Of a stretch of 64,000 bases of DNA, positions 6,578-16,145 are shown one piece after another. The stretch comes from a virus: positions 1 through 64,000 of the IMG/VR virus record IMGVR_UViG_3300049893_001984; one strand, given 5' to 3'. How positions within the stretch are numbered: the stretch's first letter is position 1; each line of letters opens with the position of its first letter. A program made the translations under genes and the position numbers. Below the pieces are notes generated by a model, which was given only the letters and a program-made list of their open reading frames with translations, was not told the DNA's origin and made no database searches.

Positions 6578-6922
6578 TTAGAATTCCAATACCCCTTCGC
6601 CGCCATCCGCAAGTTTATACTGGATGCGCACGTTTATAAAGTCTTTGCCATAAATCCTTTTTGCTTCCTGTTTAAATAACCCCAGGTTTTCCGGTTTGGT
6701 TGCCTCTGCAACAATCAAGCTTGCCAACGCCTGTGCTATCTGCATGCCAACCTTCATAACCTTTCGTCTGGCACAAGCCGTACATGCAACCTTTGCCTTC
6801 TTAATCTTCTCATGCACGCTAAGTGTTGGTTCCTTAAGGGGTAATAGGAACGGAACATTATCGTACAAAGAGGGGTCAGCGGTTAGCTTGAGGGCTACTT
6901 CGTGATTTAGTTCGAGGTTCAT
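6578..6922 (-). CDS. small hypothetical protein (CTACARRK)
   Basis: 114-aa ORF overlapping the upstream stop (ATGA). Confidence 0.8.
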   Translation of the reverse strand: MNLELNHEVALKLTADPSLYDNVPFLLPLKEPTLSVHEKIKKAKVACTACARRKVMKVGMQIAQALASLIVAEATKPENLGLFKQEAKRIYGKDFINVRIQYKLADGGEGVLEF

Positions 6923-8394
6923 ATTGCCTCCAGGTATGCTCCAGCATCAGACAGTTTGGTTCCATCTTTTGGATCCAGTCCTCTGACCCAGTTGAAGCAT
7001 TCTTGCTTTCTTCCCGCAAGAACATAACGGGTTGAGTATGTACCATTTGTTTCCAAGCTGTGTACGCCACCAACCTTTCCTTCCGGCAGCGTTGCCGCAT
7101 AGTCAAACAAAGAAGCTTTTGGCATTACATAACTGTCAAGCCAAAGCACCCTTTCCTTATCCGTATTCTCTATCAAGTCCGCCTTGCCCCCAGGTTCAGC
7201 AACATGGATCTTGATCCCATTGCTGTCCGCGAACTCATCCAGACTGGCCGTGGTTACATCTGTCCGAAGTACCATGTTCCAATTCCCAGGCATTCGGCTG
7301 TATAGGGCTGTAAGGTATGGCATAGTTCTAAGGTCACGCGGATCGACTTCCACATAAACAGTTCCATTCTCTTTTATCTCCTCAACTGCCTGTAGCCCTT
7401 CTCCGAAGGTATACAAAACTACTGGCCCAGGATTCCTTGTAAGGATTCCTTTCTGATAATACCAGTCAACTTCCTGCAGAACCCTCTCAGGCGTAATCAT
7501 CTGCATGCACATTGGCAGTTTGGTTCCGTTGTGCACAACAGTCTTGTGGCAGTTTGATTTCCCAGGTCCGTCCACTTGGCTCCTCCAGCAACCGATACCC
7601 ATGCAGCACGGAAGCTGGTCCATCGTATCTATGAATCTATGCGGTATGAAATCGTCGTTCGCCGGTGGCTTCCAGTTCTTGTCAACCCTGGTCATTGAGA
7701 GTATCCGGCTACGCTCGTCGTACGCTTCCCACCACCATGGTTCCCTTCCGCCGCCCAGGACAACACAGGGTTTATTGAAGGCAGCAGCTACGTGCATCAG
7801 ACAAGTAACAATGCACAGCACGCCTTCGCTGTGATAGATCAGGCGCATGAGATCCCTGTAGGATGTCTTGCCAACCATATCAACAGCACCCTTGATCTTG
7901 GGGTGTACATGGCTGGCAGCGCCTACCTGTACCATCGGTACCTTTGAACCCAGGTCTGCCACAACTCTTTCCCAGCTAACTGGTTCCCACCATTTGGCTG
8001 TGTAGTCCTTCTTTCCACCAGAGGCAAATACCCAATATGGTTTTGGGTAAAGTGGTTCCCTCTTCTCTTCGTCTGTAAGGTAAAGATCAGGTCTGAACTC
8101 TGTAAGGTTTATCTTTAGATCAAGCTGCTTGTTTAGATCCTCGATAAACCCCCACATGAAGTGCGCACGCTCCTGGTTTGAACGCTGCACAAGCGGGTAT
8201 GCGGCTCTAACCACCTTTGCTCTGGAGGATACTCGTACGTTATAGGGATTGGCAAGGAACACTGCCTTCTGTGGCACTTCTATCTGTGTGTGAAACTCCC
8301 CAGGATAGCACCTATGCAGGTCACGTACTGCTGAGCTAAGGACAACGTAATCACCAGGCGAAAGGTTATTCCTTATTATTAAGTGCTTTCCCAC
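6919..8394 (-). CDS. glycosyltransferase, GT9 (heptosyltransferase-like) with C-terminal extra domain
   Basis: N-terminal SPGDYVVLSSAVRDLHRCYP and C-lobe HSEGVLCIVTCLMHVAAAFNKPCVVLGG match GT9 signature segments. Confidence 0.8.
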   Translation of the reverse strand: MGKHLIIRNNLSPGDYVVLSSAVRDLHRCYPGEFHTQIEVPQKAVFLANPYNVRVSSRAKVVRAAYPLVQRSNQERAHFMWGFIEDLNKQLDLKINLTEFRPDLYLTDEEKREPLYPKPYWVFASGGKKDYTAKWWEPVSWERVVADLGSKVPMVQVGAASHVHPKIKGAVDMVGKTSYRDLMRLIYHSEGVLCIVTCLMHVAAAFNKPCVVLGGGREPWWWEAYDERSRILSMTRVDKNWKPPANDDFIPHRFIDTMDQLPCCMGIGCWRSQVDGPGKSNCHKTVVHNGTKLPMCMQMITPERVLQEVDWYYQKGILTRNPGPVVLYTFGEGLQAVEEIKENGTVYVEVDPRDLRTMPYLTALYSRMPGNWNMVLRTDVTTASLDEFADSNGIKIHVAEPGGKADLIENTDKERVLWLDSYVMPKASLFDYAATLPEGKVGGVHSLETNGTYSTRYVLAGRKQECFNWVRGLDPKDGTKLSDAGAYLEAI

Positions 8395-9163
8395 TTAAGG
8401 CAGCCTCCACTAGTGGCTTCAACCCGGAGGCAGCTTTTTCCAGGCTGTACTCTTTTTTAATGTAATCACACAGCTTATAGCTTGAGATACGAATGGCTTT
8501 TGATTTAGCCTGCTCAAACTCATCACTGCGCAGATAGGTGTAACCGTTTACACCATTCTTTACAGTCTCGATCAGTGATCCGTCTTCGAGCCCCACCACA
8601 GGGATACCTCTTCCCATTATCCAGAGGTAGTCCGAACAGTTCTGGTCTGTCACGTGAAATGGTTCCGAGTACATGTCCGCATAGGTGCAGCGTATATCCA
8701 CGTAGGGTGCCGACACGTTGCAGTAATCCGGATCCATTTCCGAGGTTATATCCGCCAGATGTCTTGCTGATTCACAGAAGAAAGATTTCCAATGTGCGAA
8801 TGGGTTTGAGTAATCTATCCACACTTCAATAACAGGAACATCTTCTCTTCTACCGTTATACAGTTCCAACATCCCCTTGAAGCACAATGAGTGCCATGCT
8901 TCAGTGGCCACGATAATGTCGCCTTTCACGCCTTTGTCCAGTATGGGTTGAGCCTTATCAATAAACTCAACCTGCCATCCATCGTAGATGCTTGTCTGGG
9001 TTCCAATGTTTGAAGCGTTTTCAGGGTTACAGATCTTGGATGTCAGCGCTGTTACTTTAAACCCAAGCTTTAACATAACCGCTATTAGTGACTTAAACCG
9101 ATCTGTTCGCTCTGGGCTTACATCCTTTGTGCTGACATCGCCTAGCAGGAAACAGGTTGCCAT
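8366..9163 (-). CDS. GT-B (GT4-like) glycosyltransferase-related protein, possibly degenerate
   Basis: MGRGIPVVGLEDGSLIETVKNGVNGY resembles the GT4 C-terminal G.PVV...GG..E.V..g.nG motif. Confidence 0.55.
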   Translation of the reverse strand: MATCFLLGDVSTKDVSPERTDRFKSLIAVMLKLGFKVTALTSKICNPENASNIGTQTSIYDGWQVEFIDKAQPILDKGVKGDIIVATEAWHSLCFKGMLELYNGRREDVPVIEVWIDYSNPFAHWKSFFCESARHLADITSEMDPDYCNVSAPYVDIRCTYADMYSEPFHVTDQNCSDYLWIMGRGIPVVGLEDGSLIETVKNGVNGYTYLRSDEFEQAKSKAIRISSYKLCDYIKKEYSLEKAASGLKPLVEAALSGKALNNKE

Positions 9164-9165
9164 TT

Positions 9166-9573
9166 CTATTTATCCTTGTTGCCAGAATTAATCATCCTCA
9201 CCGGAAAGCTTTTACCTGAAAGCGCTTCGATCATCGCCTTTGCCTGCTCTGGGGATGACACCGGTATGCTGGTGGGGGCTGGCGCCTTAAGCGGCGGCCC
9301 GTCATTCAAGCTCCAAGTCCTCTTTCCAACAAGATTATGCGCGGCACACTGATCATGTATGGCAGCCAGGAGCATGAGCAGCTTGCCGCTGTTTGCTGTT
9401 TCTGGCGGCATGAACAGATTCCATTTGTTTGCAGGGTTATCTTTTACATGGTAACAGACGATCAATTCATCACATTTCTTGATGATTGAAGACATCTTGG
9501 ATTCGTCACCAACCCACACGTCAAAAGAAGCGCCCGTCTTCGCGGGCGCATTTTGGTCTTTATTGTTTTCCAT
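9166..9573 (-). CDS. hypothetical protein
   Basis: 135-aa co-oriented ORF, tight gene packing. Confidence 0.75.
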   Translation of the reverse strand: MENNKDQNAPAKTGASFDVWVGDESKMSSIIKKCDELIVCYHVKDNPANKWNLFMPPETANSGKLLMLLAAIHDQCAAHNLVGKRTWSLNDGPPLKAPAPTSIPVSSPEQAKAMIEALSGKSFPVRMINSGNKDK

Positions 9574-9591
9574 TTGTAAACTACCTCAGCC

Positions 9592-11043
9592 TTAGATAGC
9601 CGAAGAGCAGCAGCACAAGCTAAGTCCCGGCACGTCATTATTATTACACTCTGTTACCTCACTCAGGAATCCAGCCCTGAACCTGAGTGTTCGGTAATAT
9701 ACCACCAGCATACAATTTATGTCTATCTCAAGATCGCAGATCATGTCCAAGTCAGAGGACTTAACGGTAGACGGTGTGCTAAGCGTTACGTTAAGTTCAT
9801 ATGTACAGTTAGAGGGAGTGGCTGTGGGTATAACAGTCACTTGACCATTAATGTTTGACTTAAGCGGGTACTCAATAATGTTCAGGGTTGGAGATGGGAA
9901 CTCATCACAACGCAAGCGCAATGAAGGAACTATGTCAAACACACAGACATCAGTACCAGCTTGAACCGTAGGTGTAATTTCCAGCTTTATCTCTGGCGGA
10001 TTCGTTGTGGTAAACGTAGGCGTCCTTGTCGAACCGTTAAGCACAGGGCACGGTATCACAAGATCCATAAATACATCATAATTACAACCAGTTGGATCCA
10101 AAGGATTTTGGTTATCAATTGTCAGTGTGGCGTCTAGTGCGGGCCCTCTTTCTATTATGGGCGTCGTGGTAAATGTAGGGCAACTGATGCCCAGAACTAC
10201 CTCAAACAGGTATTCACAATAGGCACCAACAGGGTTAACCGGTGTAACGTTAAAAGCCGTGAAGTTGTTGTTGTAGGTTACGTTAAGATCAGGAATGAAC
10301 TCACCACAAGCCAAGTCCAGCTGAGAGTCCACCTGATAAATACACTCGGCCTCATTACTGCTTGGCAATATGACTATTACCGGTTTTACGGTAACTGAAA
10401 GGCTTGGGACGATCGCGTTAGGATGATCCCATTTAACATTAGGCCCAGTGCTGTTATAGAAGGTAGGGCATTGCACGTTGATATCTAGATCAAGATTAAA
10501 AGCACAACCATTTGGTGTTGCGCTTTGACTAACCTCTATTTTACCAGACGTACTCATTAAAAAAGCAGTGTGAACAGAAATGGATCCAGTTATCTCAGGA
10601 CACGGTATATTCAGGTTCACATCGAACGTGTGTTCACACACCTCAGAATTTCGGCTTGAGGTTACGAGGTAAGCAGGCGGAACATTGGCAGGGAAGAAGG
10701 TGATATTACCCTTCTGGCTAATCGCTGTGCACGGAACTTTAAAATCAATATCAATGTTGGGTTCGCACACACCTGTTTCATCGAAGTGCGGGTAGAACAC
10801 ATTTGCATTCACAAGATTTGTAGGCAAAGGTGCGGTGTCTGTGTAAATGATACCAGTAACACTGGTTAACAGCTTGGTTTCATAACATCCGAAGTCAAAC
10901 GTAGTGGGAGGCACAAACGGAGGATCTATAATAAACGTCGGAGGAGGCGGGTTCTCAATGAGACACGACGACACAAGGCTACCAGAGACAGCTGGAATGC
11001 TGGGAACTATACAATCAGACCTCTCTGGAAATGCTCTCGACAT
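9592..11043 (-). CDS. beta-rich repeat protein with C-x11-C motifs, putative tail fibre/appendage
   Basis: Seven exact C-x11-C motifs plus one partial at roughly 45-aa intervals; located after tail paralogue cluster. Confidence 0.7.
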   Translation of the reverse strand: MSRAFPERSDCIVPSIPAVSGSLVSSCLIENPPPPTFIIDPPFVPPTTFDFGCYETKLLTSVTGIIYTDTAPLPTNLVNANVFYPHFDETGVCEPNIDIDFKVPCTAISQKGNITFFPANVPPAYLVTSSRNSEVCEHTFDVNLNIPCPEITGSISVHTAFLMSTSGKIEVSQSATPNGCAFNLDLDINVQCPTFYNSTGPNVKWDHPNAIVPSLSVTVKPVIVILPSSNEAECIYQVDSQLDLACGEFIPDLNVTYNNNFTAFNVTPVNPVGAYCEYLFEVVLGISCPTFTTTPIIERGPALDATLTIDNQNPLDPTGCNYDVFMDLVIPCPVLNGSTRTPTFTTTNPPEIKLEITPTVQAGTDVCVFDIVPSLRLRCDEFPSPTLNIIEYPLKSNINGQVTVIPTATPSNCTYELNVTLSTPSTVKSSDLDMICDLEIDINCMLVVYYRTLRFRAGFLSEVTECNNNDVPGLSLCCCSSAI

Positions 11044-11054
11044 GGTCTATATCC

Positions 11055-11936
11055 TTAACCGCAGTTCTGTGCCGCACGTATATTTATAACCAGTTTGTTG
11101 TTGTCCTGGTCAGGCGTAACGTCAACATTGGAAGCCCCTGTAATAAGCAGCCTGCCCCTGTCGGCAACTACGCCGTTTATAGAGCTTATAAAAGAACTGC
11201 AGTTATCATCGCACAGCCCAGCCCCACGTTCAATGCCCATGCCATCTATAAGGGTATCCTCGCAGGTAACACCTTCTCCTGCCCCTATGATACCTCGTAT
11301 CTCAATTGAATTTGCTCTTGTGTCTGTCACAAGAGAACAGTTGTGTCCTTCTCTGAGCTTTATAGGTCCTGTAAGTATTGTTTGTACATAAGCATCAACC
11401 GTATCCACGGCGGGTGTTTCACAGCACTGGGCAGGGCAGTGCCTTGGTGTGTTGGCCACAACTATCTTTCTAACATACGTCTTGGCCAGGGGTTGTATCA
11501 AAGCAGGTTCCACTCTGGCAGGCGTAGACAACACATAGTCGCCATTAGCCAACGCACTTAGCTCGGACAGGTCACCAACAGTTAGAAACCCATAACCCAT
11601 TTCAGGGTTTGGGGTTAACAAGCTTACAAGCTGCGGTACTGTATAAAGAGTGCAGCCAAACGGATCCGTTTTTAGAAATATGAATCTAAAATGGTATGGA
11701 GCCATTCCAGGTGCGTCAGAGCGTATATCAAACACAATTTGGGTTGGTGTTACAGTTACGCCATACAGATAAACCAAATGGGTACCAAGAACAAACTCGC
11801 TATCAATACCCATAATAAACCCGGCATCCACCACGCCTGTCTTGGGCAGCAGGCCAAGGCCTGTGACCAGCGAATCGCCGTACACGAATGGATAGGCTAT
11901 GCTGTCAGCCACGTCCATGAAATCTAGTTCAGCCAT
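11055..11936 (-). CDS. tail/baseplate-associated paralogue 5
   Basis: N-terminal AYPF motif and ISSINGVVAD motif shared with four upstream genes. Confidence 0.7.
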   Translation of the reverse strand: MAELDFMDVADSIAYPFVYGDSLVTGLGLLPKTGVVDAGFIMGIDSEFVLGTHLVYLYGVTVTPTQIVFDIRSDAPGMAPYHFRFIFLKTDPFGCTLYTVPQLVSLLTPNPEMGYGFLTVGDLSELSALANGDYVLSTPARVEPALIQPLAKTYVRKIVVANTPRHCPAQCCETPAVDTVDAYVQTILTGPIKLREGHNCSLVTDTRANSIEIRGIIGAGEGVTCEDTLIDGMGIERGAGLCDDNCSSFISSINGVVADRGRLLITGASNVDVTPDQDNNKLVINIRAAQNCG

Positions 11937-11937
11937 G

Positions 11938-12708
11938 TTATGTCCCCGCCAGAGATATACGCAGAACCCCGTCCGTCTCTTGGCTTATGCGTATAATGTT
12001 GTCGAGCGTTCCGCCAGCTACGGTGTTTGCTCCGGCCGTAAATGTAAACTCGCCATTTTCGTCTGGCGGTATTCCGTTTATGGTTTTGAGACCACAATAA
12101 GTCTGTGGGTTGCCAGTCTCTTCCTCACACACCTTTACACTGGCATAGGGATCGCCGACTAGATCAATAACAATGGCATCTCCATCGAACTCAAGTACAA
12201 CGCCATTATCCCCAACCAGATAAACATCTTCCGTCAGAAATGATCCGTCGTTGAGTACAAGCCCCCGTAGACACACCTGAGGCATGGGGATTGCGCACGA
12301 AGAAACAAACTCCGTTGCCTTTCGACTAAATACTGTTTCACCTGTTGGCAACTGGTTCCTAAGAAGGCTGAACCTCTCTGAGGTGCTTACAAGTATCCCG
12401 GCAGGCCTCTCGTACGAGTCATAAACAGGGACCTCGTCCGGTATCGGAAGGTTAAAGTCAATAAACCCAGTGGCCCTGCTTCTAATGGCATCGTCCCCGA
12501 TATGAAATGTCATACCGGATGCGTCAAGACTAATTGAGCTTATATATAATCCAGCCTGACCCCCAATAGGGTAAAGCCTGGCGTCCAACAACAGGTCCGG
12601 TTCCAAGACATCACCAGACTCAGCTGTTAGCGTGGCGCTATCCACGAAGGGATACTTGATCCTCTCGTTACCGTTGCGCCACTCTGGATATATAATTTGT
12701 TGAGCCAT
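11938..12708 (-). CDS. tail/baseplate-associated paralogue 4
   Basis: EWRNGNERIKYPF and LKTINGIPPDENGEF motifs. Confidence 0.7.
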   Translation of the reverse strand: MAQQIIYPEWRNGNERIKYPFVDSATLTAESGDVLEPDLLLDARLYPIGGQAGLYISSISLDASGMTFHIGDDAIRSRATGFIDFNLPIPDEVPVYDSYERPAGILVSTSERFSLLRNQLPTGETVFSRKATEFVSSCAIPMPQVCLRGLVLNDGSFLTEDVYLVGDNGVVLEFDGDAIVIDLVGDPYASVKVCEEETGNPQTYCGLKTINGIPPDENGEFTFTAGANTVAGGTLDNIIRISQETDGVLRISLAGT

Positions 12709-12717
12709 AATTAAACC

Positions 12718-14745
12718 TTAAGGGTCAACCCTTACATCGAAGGTTCCAACAGCTTGACCATAACCTTCCACTTGTATAAAGAACACTTCACTAGGAACGG
12801 CTGGGTCAACAAAGGTAGATGTGAAGTCTATATTCACGCCGCTCTGTTGACCAAGGAGTTCCATGGTTCCAAATGATGGCCCATATCTGTACAAGCCCAC
12901 TGCCTTGGTAAACCCATTTCCACCATCAACCCTAACTCTGAACTGAACTTCGCCCCCAGTTGGCTGGAATACAAACCACACACTCGCAGTTCCACCGTTA
13001 ACCAGAAGTGGTTCCCCTAACTCCTTTGTACCATAGAAGTTATGCTGGTTGGTCAATGGCGTTGAGAGCACCATACCGTACGCATACGCTATATTATCGT
13101 TACCAGGACCAGCAGGATCTGCTGTGCAGTTCACCGCAAGGTTATCAAATTCAGCAAAGGCCAAAAGGGTTCCAAACCCAATCTTACCGTCCCTGTTACC
13201 TGGCTTTATTGAAGCGTTGATCGGTATGTTAAAAACCTGAGGGCCGGTTGAGCCTGCACCCCAGGTTACTTCGTAGTTAACAGTTATAAGCGGTCCTGTT
13301 TCACTAACAGTTATGTCAACCTGGTAGTCGTCCTCAACTAGTCTTGCGGCATAATTTGGCATGGCAATTACAGATAGGAACACGTAGCCAGAGCCAACAG
13401 GACCTATACCATTTGACCCGCCAGTCCCAGCAGTAGCGGCAACTCTGCGCCCCAGTGCTATAGCACCGTACGGATAGAGTGGGTGGTGTAGAAGCACTGA
13501 CAACCAGAAGAAGTTAACATTTGTGTCATAACCGAAGATGGCGTGACCCTCGCCCATGGCGGCATACGGGCGAACAATCATGGATAAAGTGTAACCATCG
13601 TTCGAGTAGTACCTGTACCCGTTGTTTATAGCAATCAACTCTTTACCTGCTGTCGTCGCCACTATGCGTTTGGTTCTTCCAGCGGCGTCATCCAATATAA
13701 ATCCGTCAGTAGGAGAGAAGGTCAGGTAGTGCGCATTGTCCTCAAAGTTCTCACAGTATATGGACAAGTCAGGCTGTGGGTCAGGTTGGTTAATAGACGA
13801 CGCTGACGAGTCGGATGGACTGCCTGAAGGTGTCTCTGATACAGCAGAGGTCCCAGTGTCACTTCCGCACGTTAAAGACGTTTCATACACAAGGTTTAAA
13901 GAGCCCTGAGGGCAGACATCTGCCAACCCAATAGGGCTGTCCAGAATGATCCCATCGCCAACTGTACCGACAATGTTTTCGCCTATAAACTCTATGTCGA
14001 TGTTTCCGTTACAGTCAGGTATTACCCCGTTTATGGAAGATATGGGCGTTCGAAGACACGAGCCTGAGGCTGGCCTCTTACCACATGGGCCTGCGTACCT
14101 TTCCTGGAACGCAACCTTTGACCCAGGCGCACCGTCCAAGGCAATAACTCCAACCTCTCGGGTATTGCCGTCAACGTTCATCGTGTCTTTGTAAGTCTTT
14201 ACGACACCTGCAGCACCCTTCAGCTTAACCTCCCCAACAAGCTGGGTTGCGCCGAACAGTTTACCAATGGATAGTACAGGCGGCTGCTCATACGAACGAG
14301 CGCACCTGTCTACGAGAAGGGTCTGGTTAGGCGCAGAGAACCGGTAAGTCACCATGCTTGTAGATGCATGTCTTAGTACCTTTGCCCCAGGTATAACCCA
14401 ACCTCCAACGCCTGGAATCATCGCCTGTATTGGGTAGTTTTTATACTTCACAATAGGCGTGCGTACGGAGCAGGCTGCCAGTGGCACGAAAGTGGTTACA
14501 ACCGGGTTGTTACAGAAAGGGGTATCCGGAGCAGCGCAGAACGTAACGGAGAACAGGTTTGGTGATATGGATACAGACGATACAAATATAACCTTACCCA
14601 AGGTGGAAGGGATCCACAGGTTTACCTCAGCCAGGACATCTTGAGGCATGACCGCCCCTGTATCATCAATCAGAGAAGCTGAAGGATGAAACGGGTAGCG
14701 ACGTTGCTCGTTACTATTGAGCCAATCCATGAATACGAGAGCCAT
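12718..14745 (-). CDS. tail/baseplate-associated paralogue 3 with C-terminal beta-sandwich-like domains (candidate receptor-binding protein)
   Basis: DWLNSNEQRRYPF, ISSINGVIPDCNGNI, Ser-rich linker, then a beta-strand-rich C-terminal half. Confidence 0.65.
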   Translation of the reverse strand: MALVFMDWLNSNEQRRYPFHPSASLIDDTGAVMPQDVLAEVNLWIPSTLGKVIFVSSVSISPNLFSVTFCAAPDTPFCNNPVVTTFVPLAACSVRTPIVKYKNYPIQAMIPGVGGWVIPGAKVLRHASTSMVTYRFSAPNQTLLVDRCARSYEQPPVLSIGKLFGATQLVGEVKLKGAAGVVKTYKDTMNVDGNTREVGVIALDGAPGSKVAFQERYAGPCGKRPASGSCLRTPISSINGVIPDCNGNIDIEFIGENIVGTVGDGIILDSPIGLADVCPQGSLNLVYETSLTCGSDTGTSAVSETPSGSPSDSSASSINQPDPQPDLSIYCENFEDNAHYLTFSPTDGFILDDAAGRTKRIVATTAGKELIAINNGYRYYSNDGYTLSMIVRPYAAMGEGHAIFGYDTNVNFFWLSVLLHHPLYPYGAIALGRRVAATAGTGGSNGIGPVGSGYVFLSVIAMPNYAARLVEDDYQVDITVSETGPLITVNYEVTWGAGSTGPQVFNIPINASIKPGNRDGKIGFGTLLAFAEFDNLAVNCTADPAGPGNDNIAYAYGMVLSTPLTNQHNFYGTKELGEPLLVNGGTASVWFVFQPTGGEVQFRVRVDGGNGFTKAVGLYRYGPSFGTMELLGQQSGVNIDFTSTFVDPAVPSEVFFIQVEGYGQAVGTFDVRVDP

Positions 14746-14747
14746 CG

Positions 14748-16136
14748 CTAGTCCTTAAAAAGTGGTTTCAGTAGTTCAAGCGTAAGTGTTCCGGATGAAG
14801 AGTATGGAGGAGCAGACGCCACACAGACTATTGTAGCCGTCCCTGTTCGCGGACTCCCTCTCGGATAACGTACCTCAAACGAGTAAGTTGCGATCTTGGC
14901 AGGCGCCAACGATGGTACGATAACCTGTAAAGATGGCGCATCTGCTTGCACATTCGGGAATCCAGGTGCATCTAGATAACCAGATCCGTCTATGTACTCG
15001 GCTCCCAAGGGAGTTATTGTAAACGTCAGCTTTATGTTAAACAGCGTTTTATCCGTATTGTTGGACAGGACTGCACCAACTGCAAAGGCGTAGTCAGGTC
15101 TGGATATTGCACGCACCTTAACGTTGATTGTGTAGTCGGCAATTATGTCCGTAACTATTGTGTTATAGTTTTTCCGTGCTGTCTCTATCCTTTGGGAAAC
15201 GGCTAAAGCTCTGTTCCACAGATCCGACAGCTTCTCGTAAGCCGCTTTGTAGTCTTCGCAGTCGCAGCAGGCTTTACAGTCTGCGTGTAGCCGCAGCATG
15301 GCTGCTTCAAGCGTACCTTTGTAATCCACGAAGTCAGGAATAGGTGGGGATATTGAATAAGTGCCTGAGTCAAACGGTGCCTCTACCCAGGTACACCCTT
15401 CGCCTTGGAGCAGCACATTACCTAACTTAGGACCCTGCCCGCTGATAGTCTTTATCTCACCAGCCGGATCAACGCACACAATATTCAAACCAGAACCAGC
15501 GCCTGCGATTGCATCAAACTGAAGGCGCACAGGCGATCGAACTGTTTTAAGAACAGATCCGTTAATGACAGCCGACAGTGGGTCAGCAGACTTGCCGATG
15601 GTCATATTGGTTCCAGCTTGCAAGATAACTGGACCTTCTGAAGGCGTTTGCAAACAGCAGGGGAATCCACTAACCCCCACGGCGATCCTTCTAACTCTTG
15701 GTATGTGGGGATTTACGACAGATCGCAGCAGATATGCGTCTGCAAGGTCAACCGGAGCTATGTTTAAAAGGTTGGCCTTTTCAGCCAGAATAACAAACCT
15801 GGCGACTATATCTTCATCCGTAAGCCCATTACCCTGCGTAGTTATTCTTTTCCATTGGTAGATGATATACCGGCCAAAACTTGTGGCCTGGAAAGAATCA
15901 GAGGTGGATGTCAAATAGGCAAGCAGACTTCCATTACTGTAACGGAGTTCAACCTCTTTTATAGCAGATACGGTGTCAAACTTTGAAACCCTGACAAGCA
16001 TCGGAGGGTCTGGTGTAACACTATTATGAGATATGTATGCGTCTGTGAATATCTCATGTATGGAGTTTGGCTGCGCCTTTATAAACGGATAAGGCGTAGT
16101 AGTGTTACTGGAGTACCACTCGTATGAAGCACCCAC
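14748..16136 (-). CDS. tail/baseplate-associated paralogue 2
   Basis: EWYSSNTTTPYPF, IKTISGQGP, CKACCDC followed by coiled coil and Ig-like C-terminus. Confidence 0.7.
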   Translation of the reverse strand: MGASYEWYSSNTTTPYPFIKAQPNSIHEIFTDAYISHNSVTPDPPMLVRVSKFDTVSAIKEVELRYSNGSLLAYLTSTSDSFQATSFGRYIIYQWKRITTQGNGLTDEDIVARFVILAEKANLLNIAPVDLADAYLLRSVVNPHIPRVRRIAVGVSGFPCCLQTPSEGPVILQAGTNMTIGKSADPLSAVINGSVLKTVRSPVRLQFDAIAGAGSGLNIVCVDPAGEIKTISGQGPKLGNVLLQGEGCTWVEAPFDSGTYSISPPIPDFVDYKGTLEAAMLRLHADCKACCDCEDYKAAYEKLSDLWNRALAVSQRIETARKNYNTIVTDIIADYTINVKVRAISRPDYAFAVGAVLSNNTDKTLFNIKLTFTITPLGAEYIDGSGYLDAPGFPNVQADAPSLQVIVPSLAPAKIATYSFEVRYPRGSPRTGTATIVCVASAPPYSSSGTLTLELLKPLFKD

Positions 16137-16145
16137 AGCAAACTC

